Assembly: GCA_964035545.1 (NCBI GenBank) | Contig: OZ037766.1 | Location: forward strand, 29,142,640-29,206,639 | Length of the DNA: 64,000 nt | DNA from: Bugula neritina | Taxonomy: Eukaryota; Animalia; Bryozoa | Direction: 5' to 3' | Shown: one piece after another, positions 1 through 12,206 of the stretch | Position numbering within the stretch: the first letter of the stretch is position 1 | How the letters are laid out: each line of letters opens with the position of its first letter | Notes under the pieces: model-generated | Told to the model about the DNA's origin: nothing | Seen by the model: the letters and a program-made list of their open reading frames with translations, nothing else | Database searches by the model: none | Made by a program: the position numbers and the translations under genes

Positions 1-191
1 TTATTTGTTTAATGAATGAAAATGGTATATTCAAATGTAATGAACAAAGTGTGTTCTATATATGCAGTCATATATTATGTATGCTATATATGCAGTCATA
101 TATATATATATATATATATATGCTATATATGCAGCCATATAGTATATATGCTATATATGCAGTGATGCATGCACTAAGATATTCTCTGCAG

Positions 192-3100
192 GGCTGCTGT
201 GGTTGCGTCTGCTAGAGCTACGAACGGCCATGTTGCCAGACCTCCGCAGGTTGTACTCAGTGGGTTCGGTTTAGAGTCTGCAGTAGTCAACAAAGTAGCT
301 GAGTTCTACATAGATGGAAGTCAGGCTGATAAAGGTGAGGGGGCGGTAACTAAAAATATGATATTTCTAACTTGAGTATTTGCTAAGTTGACTTTCTGAT
401 CAGTTATTATACTATTGGAAAGTTTGACTCTTGATTCAAAAATATTGATTTTTTAGTAATGTGACCACACTTATGTAGTGTAATGTTCTATTTTATTGCA
501 TATTATATTCTATTCTATTAAATATTGTATTCTATTATATTTTATTCACTAATTCTTCTACTGAAGGTGTTACAGGAATTAGAATAATTATCTCATTGCA
601 GGCTCTCCAGGAGTAATACTTACCAACTCCAGACTACAGAATTTGCAGACGAACATTGTAGCTGTTGGTGAGAGTGAATACAGATGCAGTTATACTGTCC
701 CGGAGTCTGGTAGGTTTTATTATTCTATACGTCTTAAACTTGTACATGTAGACTGGTAGGTCTTATTATTCTATACGTCTTAGACTTGCACATGTAGACT
801 GGTAGGTTATAGTTCCATCAGTGTTCTATACGTCGTAGACTGACAAATATAGAGTTTAATACTTTGGATTTTTTTTGTTTTTTACTTATTATTCATGTTG
901 TTTGTTTTCTGAGTGAACTGACATTTGGCTTTTTTTTAAAAAACTGTTAAAGTTGTTGATTTTATTACTAAATATTATTATAAAAATTTAGCTATTATCT
1001 TATTTTGTGTTAAATTACAGAAGGCTTATTTTCAAATTAATTTTTCAAAATTTTAATCCATAGTTTTAAATTAAATTTTAATTGTAATTTTCACTATTTA
1101 GGTTAATTTTAAAATTCTATCATTTTAGGAAAGTGAAATGAACCCCCCTCCCTCCCTTATACAGCGTCCTATGTCAATGTTGGTCCTATGTCAATGTTGC
1201 ATTTCAGTTTTGACAACATATCAATTACCATGCTATAGTAAATCTCAGCTATGCTTGTGTCAACATTTTGCTTATATTTAGAATGCATTGTTTGGTGTTC
1301 TTCAGGCATATATATGTTACACGTCAACTGGAGTGGAAATGACCTTCAAGGGTCACCATTTTCTGTCACAGCTCTGGATGGGAACTCCACTGTGTCCTCC
1401 AGGACTTCAGGTTAGCACTCTACACTTTGTCTTATTAGACGCCATCTCCACATTAACATAGTTGGTGTATAATGTGTATGTGTATATTATGTACAGCTGT
1501 AGTGTTTAGTTAACATACATGTAAGTTTATATTATGTACAGCTGTTATGTTTAGTTAACAGATGTGTATTGCTTTACTCTCTTAGATGGTCCAGATAAAA
1601 TAACGGTTCGTGGAGATGGAGTATTGCCTGGCATTCTGGCCACTTATAACGGCATATTTTATGTTGATACTGAGGATGCTGGGAAGGGAGATTGTGAGGT
1701 TAAAGTTCAAGGACCGAAAGGTAAGCTCTGTCCCACTAAGTCCATCCCGTTGTAGTCTAGATAGTATAATAGTACGTATATTAGTACGTATAATAGTACG
1801 TATTAGTACGTATTAGTACGTATATTAATACGTATATTAGTAGGTATATTAGTACGTATATTAGTACGTATATTAGTACGTATATTAGTACGTATATTAT
1901 TACGTATATTAGTACGTATATTAGTACGTATGTGTTCAGCTCACAAAAGCTTAGCAATCTTAAATGTACAAGGGATGTGGAGTCAGGGCCCCAAACTGTC
2001 GTACCACTGTAGGATTTGAGGTTAGGTGTCTTTCTTATGTACAATCCACATTATAGTTTCTTCTCTGTGGGTGGAAGTTTGTAGCATTGTTTGGTTTAAA
2101 CTATTATTAGGTTGACTGTGATTTATTTGTTAGTGAATTGCTCTTAGGTTGTGTTTGCAATCTTGGTTCAATATGTCTAAGTTTTTAGTATACAACAAAA
2201 TATCATGAAATTTTTTTTTTATAAAATACATTTCAAAGTCTCTGTTGTTCTCATTATAAAATGTTTTCTAAACCCCTAAATTGTGACTTCAATGAAGGCT
2301 TTGACACGCCATGTAAGCTTATATCCACTCCTTTCTTTCTCTGCCATTCCGCCAACTCCTTGCCTTCTGTTCCAGGAGATGTACAGATCGTCTCCTCTCT
2401 GCAAGGCAACAGGAAACGTCTGCTGCAGTGTCAGTATAACCCGACGGAAATTGGACTCTACGTCATAAGGATCCGCTGGTCCGGACAGGATGTGGCCGGC
2501 AGTCCGATTAAAGTCCACATATTTGATACGTATGAAGAGCTGGAGCGGTGAGTTGTCCTCCCATGTCTATACTTGTAAAGTGTATGAAATTCTGTATTTT
2601 CTGATAATTAACATAGTGCTTGTATAACATAGTATGTTTTCATTATTTCTTGTACCAAATGCTTATTGGGTTGTATTCTCACACTCTTTCCTATAAAGTG
2701 TGGGTTTGTTTTATATATTGAACTTTGACTCATGTGCGTCGTATGCGCTAAAATATTAAAGTGTGATATTAGAATTCACTTAATATGTATCTTATACATA
2801 ATACATACATAATAATATATAAATAATAATATATACATAATATATACATAATATATATGTGATATTAGTAATGGCCTAGACTCTAGTAGTTGGAGTCCCT
2901 CCGTAGCTTGTCGCATAGTTTAACACTTACATGAAGTCTAGAAATTTTGCCACTGGGGTTCTCTCCCAAATAGTGACTATACACTGCATATTCATGTCCT
3001 TGCAAGTCTGTATGCCTTCTCCTGATGACATCATCACAGACAGCATTTCTTGTTTCTTTAGGTTCAACAGCACCGGGGAGATCTCCATGTACATGCCTGT

Positions 3101-3359
3101 GGAAGACGAACCTTTCCAGTCGAGTATTTTCCCGCAGCCGGTAGTGAATGGAAAGAGATCTAAATCAGTTCCCCACAACAGGGGTGTTCGCATGTCAGCC
3201 GCTATGTCAAGGTCATATACTGCTGGTGCTAAGGCTAATCAGCTGTCGTTTACACCTCATAGGGGGTATGACAGGAGGTCTTATTACATCGTGAAGGAAA
3301 ATGGGCCAGAGTTCATATCCGCCCCTGCTCAGAGATCTGTCTTCATTGCGGACAAATGA
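192..3359 (+). CDS. Filamin-family protein, 3' partial (last Ig-filamin repeats; possibly jitterbug/fln-2-like). Exons 192-334, 602-709, 1306-1410, 1586-1720, 2376-2547, 3062-3359
   Basis: GT-AG exons join in phase. Filamin repeat motifs: LSGFGLESAVVNKVAEFYIDGSQA, YRCSYTVPESGIYMLHVNWSGNDLQGSPFSV, FYVDTEDAGKGDCEVKVQGPKG, CQYNPTEIGLYVIRIRWSGQDVAGSPIKVHIFDTYEEL; stop TGA at 3357-3359. Confidence 0.88.
705..842. repeat. ~46-bp tandem repeat (about 3 copies) at a filamin intron 5' end, duplicating the donor CTG|GTAGG
   Basis: ctggtagg...ttctatacgtcttaracttgyacatgtaga recurs at ~706, ~752 and ~798. Confidence 0.8.
1765..1931. repeat. 12-bp minisatellite (TATTAGTACGTA)n
   Basis: Directly visible tandem array in a filamin intron; explains the spurious VLIY-repeat ORF. 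Confidence 0.95.
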
Positions 3360-4818
3360 GTTCCTGTGTGCTCTATCATAGTATAGTGTAGTACCTGAAT
3401 GAGTATCTAACCAAGCAGAACAGAATTACAAGCCTTGCTCTTGATATAATACATAATTATTATCATTATTATCATCATAATAACATAGTTGACAAGTTTT
3501 CTATTCAACGTCTTTTCTGTTATCTGTAGCCTCTACTTTTTTCTGATTCTTTTCTTTTAAAAGCCATTTTTCTGTGTTTTTTGAAGATCTTGTTACAATG
3601 AACAGATTTACTTAGAGAACTTCTCCTGGCCCTAATTTAATCCGCTGCAATTTGTTGTTTTTCAGATTTTCACTGTAATCAGTTGTGTTCAGGCTTTCAC
3701 TGTATGCTATGCACACCTATTTCAGTGGCTTTCATGTGATGCAAGAGTAATTAGAAGCAAATGCATTTTAATACCTGTATCTTTTTTGCATATTGGAATA
3801 AGAACACTTGACCATTTTTGCAAGCTAGCAACTGATGTCACCTGTGTTACTCATTTTAGTAATTTCCACCTTTCAACTGGGTTACAACTTGAAATATATT
3901 TTTAGTATTACACTTTTTTATTAATCAATTGCATATTTGAGTGGTTTTAATTATTAAATCGCTAATTCCTACAATACTTAGTTTATTTTGATTATTTATC
4001 AACATTTATTATCAGCTATATCTTTCTATATGACACGTTGAGTACATTTCTATTTATTTAGTTATCTGCTGTTTGCGAGTTTTACACATCCTTGTAATAA
4101 CAGTTATTATTATTATACTCAATACTATTTATTATATCACAATTCATAGAATAAAATATCTAGACATCATTACAAGCACTTGCTTATTTAAATACATTCA
4201 TGACAATATGCATTGTATGACAACATTATTTAGAATTGGCATTTCACTATGTTCTCTAAATATGCCCATAAACACATTAATATACATTTGTTGGTTAATT
4301 TTTCATAGAGTGTCGATAATTTATTTTATTCCTTTAGCTTAAAACCTTGTTACCTTAAAATTGCAAAAAAATGCCATCATTTGAAGGCTCTTGCAAGTCA
4401 TAGGATATTTCTGCCATTAACCTTCGCTGCTTTCTGAGCTGCTAGATATAGCAGGCATGGCATTCTCTGTTATAGCTGTAGAACCAAAGATCGTTTTCTG
4501 AGTAGTTTTAGTAATGCTAGTCGTAGTGAGAGATGCTGTAGTTGATGCAAGTTCAGATTTTATGAAATAAGTCATGTTTTCTTTTTCTTGCAACTGAAAA
4601 GTTGAAGCAATGCTGTTATACAGGTGGCAGGATTTAGTTGGTGAGATGAAAACTCCGGATTGGCAGTTGGCTTTCAACAGAACAGGTTGTGTTTTACATT
4701 GCTCTCTGGATAAAGCTTAGAAAAGCTATTTCTGTGAACAGTGGATTATATATTGCCTTCATACTACATAACTAGCTGGATAGGGACAGTGATATCTATA
4801 AAATCGTTATCTTGAATC

Positions 4819-5529
4819 ATGGTTCGTAGAGCTAAATCAGCCACTAGTTCAACTAGTGAATCTACACCCGATTCATCTATCCATGGAAAGTTAGATCAGA
4901 TCTTAGCAAGACTAAATGACTTTGATAGTAGGTTGAAGAAAGTAGAAATTGAACAGGCTGAAGTAATTAAAACCTGCAAATTTTTGAGCAAAGAATTTGA
5001 TGATATCAAGTTACTAAGAAATGAAATGAAGTGTTTCCTAAAAGATTTTCCAGATGTGAAAGACCGTGTGGATCAACTAGAATTCCAAGATCGTAAAAAA
5101 CAGTTGACATTAAATGGAATACCACAAAAATCTGGAGAGAACTTATTACATGCCATGAAAGTTATGAGTGAAAAACTAAAATGCGAACTTCAACCCTACC
5201 ATGACATAGACTCAATTTTTAGAGTCAAGACATCTGACAAAGTTATAATTAAATTTATTCACGCTCATAAACGTGACAAGTTCTTTGGATCATTTAGAAA
5301 AAACCCTCTAAATGCAACAGACTTAGGTTTTAAAGACAACTCTAAGCTCTACATAAATGAAGTGCTGAGCAAACCTCAAGCTGCTCTTTTTCATGAGACT
5401 CGCATGTTCAAAAAAGAACATAAATACCGTTTTGCATGGACATCAAACCAAAGAATCTTCCTAAGGAAAGACAGTGATAGTAATGCAATACAGATCAATT
5501 CGACAGATGATTTAGATGACCTCGCTTAA
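4819..5529 (+). CDS. LINE ORF1 (coiled coil plus RRM/CTD-like nucleic-acid chaperone), 236 aa
   Basis: Intact ORF upstream of ORF2; heptad-rich N-terminal half; LEFQDRKKQLTLNGIP and LYINEVLS...YRFAWTSNQRIFLRK motifs typical of this ORF1 class. Confidence 0.85.
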   Translation: MVRRAKSATSSTSESTPDSSIHGKLDQILARLNDFDSRLKKVEIEQAEVIKTCKFLSKEFDDIKLLRNEMKCFLKDFPDVKDRVDQLEFQDRKKQLTLNGIPQKSGENLLHAMKVMSEKLKCELQPYHDIDSIFRVKTSDKVIIKFIHAHKRDKFFGSFRKNPLNATDLGFKDNSKLYINEVLSKPQAALFHETRMFKKEHKYRFAWTSNQRIFLRKDSDSNAIQINSTDDLDDLA

Positions 5530-5591
5530 ACACATGATTACTCCATATCCTCTGATTTTTAATTTCTGTAACTATATTTTTTTTCAAATTC

Positions 5592-8485
5592 ATGGAAGCA
5601 CACCTAAACTGTGATCAATACACGCCAGAACAGTTTAGAAATAATATAAAAAATAATTCCAATTCTCTTACTATTTTGAATGTTAATGTACAAAGCCTTC
5701 GTAAAAATTTTGATTCCCTAGAAACATTTATGTTTAGTGTTCCTAAACCTTTTGATGTTGTTTGTATTACTGAAAGTTTTCTTTATGATAATGAAGTACA
5801 TAATTTTCCCATAAATGATTATGTTTTTATAGGTAAGCAGAGACAGAGTAAAGGAGGTGGTGTCGGGGCCTATGTGCGCAGTAGTGCTGTGGCTGAAGTC
5901 AAGGAAAGTCGAGCACTTTTTGCAGGCAGTGAATCTTTACATTTGGAGCTAAAGGGTGGTCTCTTTGGGTGCTTTAGGAGTGGTCTTCACCTCACAATCA
6001 TTTACAGGCAACCATCGGCGGACATTGGAGCTTTTCTCTCTGACCTGGAGCAGTACATCAGTTCTTCTAATTTTCCACATCATGTCATACTAGGTGATAT
6101 CAATATCGACACTCTTAAATCCGATCCTGTGAGTACATCTTACCTCAACATCCTATCCTGCTCTCATTTTATAAATTCAATTCAGATTCCTACACGATAC
6201 AATTCTTGCTTAGATCATATAAATGTTAATTTTTATGATAAATTCTTAACATCTGGAACAATAACAACAAGCATAGCAGATCACTTGCCTACTTTTATCA
6301 AAATAGAAAATTTAACTAACTATTTTAATATAACTAAATCTACAAACATTAGAAATTATAAGAAAATAAATGAAGAACTATTTTTGAAAGATCTTTCTAA
6401 AGTAGACTGGAACTCCAAAGTATATGCCAAGAAAGATGTGAATTCTAGGTATGACAGTTTCTTTAAAATATTTATGGATTTATGCAATAAACATGCTCCA
6501 TTAGTAAAATTCTCAACAAATTGGCCACGCAAACTTAAAACAAATAAAAGACCCTGGATTAGTGTTGAATTAATTAAGCTGATGAACAAAAGGGATTATG
6601 TTTATAGACAATCCTTAAATTCCCCTCTAAACTTGAAACTTAAATTTAAACATAAAACTCTAAAAAATTTAGTTACGAAGAATTTGCGTAGATCCAAGAC
6701 TTTATATTTTGAATCTTTTTTTGAAAATACTTCAGATTCTAGTAAATGTTGGAAAGTCATAAACGAACATCTAGGAAAAAATCGATCAAAGGGATTAAAT
6801 GCTCCTAAAAGCTTAACATCTGAAAATATTACACTAACTGAAGATAAGGACATAGCAAACAGTTTTAACAAATACTTTACTTCCATAGGAACAACGTTAT
6901 CAAAGAAATTCACTGACGACAATTTTGATTTTACAGCTCGGAAGTCAGATAAAAAACTTGATGAACAGTTTAGCTTTACAAATATTGAAAGCACAGTCAT
7001 TGAAAGCTTACTTAAAGATGTAAACCCAGCCAAAGCTGCAGGATTAGATTTAGCTCCCACTAACCTAATAAAAATATCTGCATCTCATCTTTCATTATAA
7101 ACACAATTATCAATGATGGCGCTTTTCCAAATGAACTAAAAAAAGCTAAAGTTGTTCCTCTACACAAAAAAGGCATAGCTACTGATGTAAGTAATTACCG
7201 CCCAATTTCTATACTACCTGTTTTCAGTAAGATAGCTGAAAAGATTTTAAATAAGCAAATAGTAGATTTTCTAGAAAGCAAAAATCATTTAACTGATAAG
7301 CAGTACGGCTTTAGACGAAATAGAAACACAAATATTGCCTTAATTAATCTAACAAATAAGGTTTTAAATGCCATGAACAATGGTAATTCTGTAGCTGGAA
7401 TTTTCCTCGATTTTAGTAAGGCCTTTGACACAATAAATCATGAAATCTTATTAGCTAAATTAAAAATGCTCCACTTTTCAAGTCACAGTGTGAAGCTAAT
7501 TAAAAATTATCTGTCCAATCGTCAACAGTCTACTATTATTAACAACACATATTCTGACTTTATTCATATCACATGTGGAGTACCACAAGGATCCATACTT
7601 GGTCCCACACTATTCCTAATTTATATAAATGATCTTCCAGATGTAACTATGCATTTAGACCCTATATTATTTGCCGATGATACGAACCTCTTCTTTGAAT
7701 CAAAAAATCTATTAAACAATATGGACGTCATAAACTGTGAATTAAAGAAAATTGAAAATTGGTGCAATAAAAATAAATTAACTGTAAATATGAGTAAAAC
7801 AAACTATATGATAATCAAAACAGCGCAAAATAAACAAGATTTAAATGGCTTTGCCTTAGAAATGTTTAACAAAAAATTAGTGGAAGTAAAATCAACTACC
7901 TTCTTAGGTATTATAATAGATTCACATCTTTCTTGGCAACAACATTGCAGCAAACTTTGTCAAAACCTAAGGCCCTTAGTAGGCTTGATAAGTAAATGTT
8001 CCAATCACCTACCTAGAAAAATTCTAATACAAATATATAACTCTTTTGTAAATTCTAAATTAACATATTGCCTAGAATCGTGGGGTAATGCAGCAAACAT
8101 TTATCTTGAACCACTACATTTACTGCAAAAGAAAATACTGAGAATTATATATAAAAAGCATCACCTTTCCCCATCTAAACCACTGTTTCTTAGTTCTTCA
8201 ATCATGCCTATTCACACTCTACACAAATTCAAATTAATACTGCTCTCACATAAACTTTACTATTCTCAACTAACACATCTCACACATAACTATCCCACAA
8301 GATTTTCAGAGTTCAGCCTACAAACTCCTCCATCATCAACTGCTGCAGGTCAACGAAGAGTGGAATTCCAATGTTCGTCGCTATGGAATAAATTGCCTAG
8401 TTCTATTCGTGCTGTGGAGAGGGAGGCTGGTTTCAAACTTGCCCTGAGAGACCATCTAATGGCAAATTTCCAGATAAAAAAATAA
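5592..8485 (+). pseudogene. LINE ORF2 (AP endonuclease plus reverse transcriptase), broken by one frameshift at ~7093-7100
   Basis: APE motifs ILNVNVQSL, CITES, ILGDINID, CLDHI, IADHLP. The second frame resumes at 7094 IINTIINDGAFPNELKKAKVVPLHKKG...NYRPISILP, QYGFR, FLDFSKAFDTINH, GVPQGSILGPTLFLIYINDL, LFADDT. Confidence 0.92.
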
Positions 8486-9258
8486 TACTTTTTTAAGTTG
8501 CTAAAACTTCCAAAAACCTAAACAAAAATCTTATATAACTGTCAACCATTCATGGCTCGGTGCCCCGACTAGCTACAGTGCTATTGCGCCATAGGCCCTG
8601 TCATTTTGTTTATTTTTTTCTCAATTAATTTTTTCCCGACTATGACAAAATAAAAAACAAACAAACAAACATATTTTTCCTAATTCATTACATCTAGCCA
8701 GGCATTCTAGTAAGAAGTTGCAACCTACAACATTAACAAAACATATTAAACTCCTTGTTTCTTTCATAGAATTCAAAATTTAGCAGAGAGCATTTCTTGT
8801 ATTAACTTATGGAAACTTTAATGAAAGCTGAATGAGGGGGGTTGGCAGTTTGAAACCTACGAAAGACGGCTCAGTGTTTGAGATTTTAACATTCCAAATG
8901 AAAGCTACTGAGTGAAACTGGCATACAAGATGACTTCTAATAACCTCATTTTATCTTTAAAGCAACTAGACAGAAATTATGGAGGACATAGCACTTTTCG
9001 TAATTATACATTTGGTATAAAAAAATGCTTGCGTAATTTTATGAGATGCGATTATATATATTGATTTGATTGATATGTGGTATTAAGCACTAATTGCTTA
9101 TAATATGTTTTGATGAGATCCATAAATGCAATATAATATATGCTATATTATATTAAAATGATTTAAGCACTGCACCGACATATATAAATACCAATATGTT
9201 TTTCTAACTGTTGCACATTATTATATGCGAAGTATTAGGAAAACATAATGCATTATAG

Positions 9259-9261
<3 letters not shown>

Positions 9262-9328
<67 letters not shown>
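9262..9328. repeat. (TA)n microsatellite
   Basis: Visible. Confidence 0.97.
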
Positions 9329-9331
<3 letters not shown>

Positions 9332-9934
9332 TTGGTACAGTAACATTTCCTTGTAATATTAAAACACATGCAAAAAGTTTCAATATTCTAAAACATAATA
9401 AAATTGTGATCATTTAACTCACCTTCCTCTTGTTCAATCACTTGACTTTGCAAGAAAGTTTCTTCTGGAACATCTGCTAAGAATCTGTAATGTTCTCCAG
9501 CAGAGCTGAAACCTTCAGCATCTACCAAATGTGTTGCGTATTGAAAGAGAAACACCGTAACAAAAAGCCAACCTAGCATGCTGCGAAACTTAGGTGTTGA
9601 AGTTATCATGATAGAAATTGAAGTAAAATTGAAATACACATTACTCTTTAAACCCATTTAACTGATTTGATTTCTATGATGTATTGATTATTATAATTTT
9701 TGTAAATGTAGAACTATAGATGTTGAAGTAGAAGACTGCAAACTTTTAATAAAGTATGCAATTATACAGCTTGGTCTACTCAGCTTATTATTGTGTTGAT
9801 TTTCTAGTCATCTGATAATGTACGGTCAACGACACTTGAATATTTTCAAGCCAATTATACTTAGAAAGTTATCAATGAGATTTCAACTGTTCAATGCTAT
9901 CGCAAGGTATAGAGAAAATATCATGTATGTGTGC

Positions 9935-10189
9935 GTGTGTGTAAAAGAGGCGAAAATGACACAAATTATAATGGCGCAAATGGAAGAGTAGATAAAAATA
10001 TCCCACTGATGTTGACTTCCCTAATGCTAAACCCCCACTCCCAAATCCAAACTTAAGCCCCTCGCCCCAAATTTAGACCCCAAACACAAACCCCCACCTC
10101 AAACCTCCCACCACAGATGCAAAGCCCCCACTTTAAATCCCAATATAAAAATTGTGCCATTCCTACCTGTGCTATTTTTAGCAGACACC
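9935..10189. mobile_element. Possible MITE-like relic with imperfect terminal inverted repeats and a C-rich core
   Basis: Left aaaatgacacaaattataatggcgcaaat resembles the reverse complement of right attgtgccattcctacctgtgctattttt; internal (aaacccc)-like repeats. Confidence 0.45.
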
Positions 10190-10577
10190 TCTTTTTCCTC
10201 TATTTAAATTGTAGAGAATAATAACATGCTTTAAATAATGAGTTGTTGCATGGTCCTGGTGCATAAGTGAGGATCAATAAAAGACTTAAGAAGTATGCAT
10301 TATAAGAAGTAATTTACAGTGAGACATCGTGACTATTAGTTGAAGCCAGCTAAGCAGTTAGTCCTATTATATCAGACAATATTGTTTTTGTTAGGCAGTT
10401 TGTATTAAAACTCTTATTTAGCAACAATGCAAAATGTTATTAATTATAATTTAAAACTTTTTGTTTCACAATGATGTTTATAAAGCTAGCTAGCATAATC
10501 TCAATTCTAAAATTAGTAAAATTAATTGAAAAGAAAAAATGTTTTTGTTTTTATTTTTACTTAATTACAACACATAC

Positions 10578-10774
10578 TCACGCAAGTTTATAGTCGCAAT
10601 CCCTGTGAGAAAACCCTGATGTAAAGGGTTTTTGTTAAATTGGGCTAAGGACTAAGGCACAGGAGCAATTATAACTGGATGCTCTTCCTAACATCACCAA
10701 TGGCCTTTGTCTGAGCTTGAACCCATGACCTTTGTGCTTACTAGGCAAACGCTCTAACCCCTAGACCACGGCTG
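10578..10774 (-). mobile_element. tRNA-derived SINE, copy A
   Basis: Minus-strand A box TGGTCTAGGGG and B box GGTTCAAGC; aligns along its length with 54792-54999; flanking direct repeat ACAACACAT (10567-10575 and 10775-10783). Confidence 0.85.
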
Positions 10775-12206
10775 ACAACACATGACAGTGCATTTATTCA
10801 AACAGTCCCATTGTCACACATTGGTTAACTGTGTTGTGCTAAATTCACACCATATTTTTGTATATAAACTTTATATATTATATTATACTGATCCTTATTG
10901 AAAACATTTTACTATGTTTCAGTATGATATTTCATTATAATGTTGTAAGCTCATGATACTTGATAGTATAGCTTTGTGTCTATAGCAAATCAAGTGCTAG
11001 AGTATACGCACGTTTTAATGCGTGAGACAATGACGGTACCAGATAAAAGAACACAATTTAGAAATTACATGCAATAAAACTACTTAATCAGCTATCAACA
11101 TATATAGCAGCATTTTGAGATTCATGTTGAACTGGGCAGAAATATGTTCTATTTTCTTGCAGAATCCATGCCATGTCTAAGCTCATCATTTGAGCTACCA
11201 CCAAAGTCACCGGCGGCTGAATCAGAAACCGGACTTTTAGGATTTATCGGTTATTTGAAGTGTCATAAATGTAGAATCAGATGCTGAAGTAAAAGACTGC
11301 AGGAACTTTAATTAAAACATGTTATTTTATAGCTTGATCTTTTCATCTCATTGAGTTGATTTTTGGATCATTTGGTAATGAGTTGCCAGTGGTATTCGAA
11401 TATTTTCACAGCCAATTTGTTTGAGTTTTGTAAAAGATATCAACTGTGTAATTTTACTAATTGGTAAACATGTGTAGCTTATTTAATAAATTTTGCTAGC
11501 AAAAAGGTGTAATTTCAATTTTTTGTTGTTGACTGAAAAAATCAAAAAAACAAATATTTTATTATATTATTTATTATACAATTCTGCTCTTTATATGTGT
11601 ACTGGTGCTGGGTTGATATTAAGGACACCAAAAATACCAATAATGCATGTGTTCTCTCATTAAAACTTATATTCAAAATATTTCAGATGGTGTCTGTATA
11701 AATTCACATTTACACAAGAAGTCTTTAGTTACCAGCTAACAACCATAAGCAATTGAATATATGATAGCTGGAGTGAGTGATAATCTTTCTTTAGCTCCAG
11801 AACTTTAGTTTTCTGGTTTACAAGAAGACAATCAGCTTGCTGCAGCATCACATTATTGCTTCAAAAACAACAACCAAATGCAAAATGATGCCCAATAGTT
11901 TTAAAATGTCAGAAAGTTTGAAAGTTTTATTTATTAGATCATACATAATATGTTGATTGATAACATGCAGTGATAAATAAGTAGACAAACGATTAATAAT
12001 ATGTTGATATCTGGTACAGATCATACAACAATAAACAAAATTACAAAATACTATCATGTGCAAAATAAAAACAAATCTAGTTTATAAATTGCATCTTAAA
12101 CAAAGCCAAACCACAGTTCACAATTTTAGAATAAATTATGCAATTATTTTGAATGTCATTGTCTTTTAGATAGTATAAGGGAGTACAGCACAGTAAGTCA
12201 TTTATT

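Larger units (their letters stand above)
4666..8669 (+). mobile_element. Apparently full-length non-LTR retrotransposon (CR1/L2 group, Crack/Daphne-like)
   Basis: 5' UTR, ORF1, APE+RT ORF2, 3' AATAAA (8649-8654) and (AAAC)n tail; both ends are defined by the interrupted host exon, with only a 2-bp CA duplication or microhomology. Confidence 0.92.
4417..9609 (-). pseudogene. Small secreted PAN/apple-like protein gene, copy 1 (reconstructed 162 aa), exon 2 split by the LINE. Exon 1 9609-9423; exon 2a 8724-8670; exon 2b 4663-4417
   Basis: Signal peptide MITSTPKFRSMLGWLFVTVFLFQYATHLVDA; donor G|gtgagt, acceptor gtag|GT. Removing the LINE restores GCNFLLECLARCNELGKICQSGVFISPTKSCHLYNSIAS plus an S/T-rich tail, colinear with the paralog at 12207-12499. 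Confidence 0.85.

Noticed and set aside
1781-2044. Hydrophobic VLIY-repeat ORF
   Set aside because: Product of the 12-bp minisatellite
6356-7060. Minus-strand ORFs of 77 and 152 aa
   Set aside because: Antisense shadows of LINE ORF2
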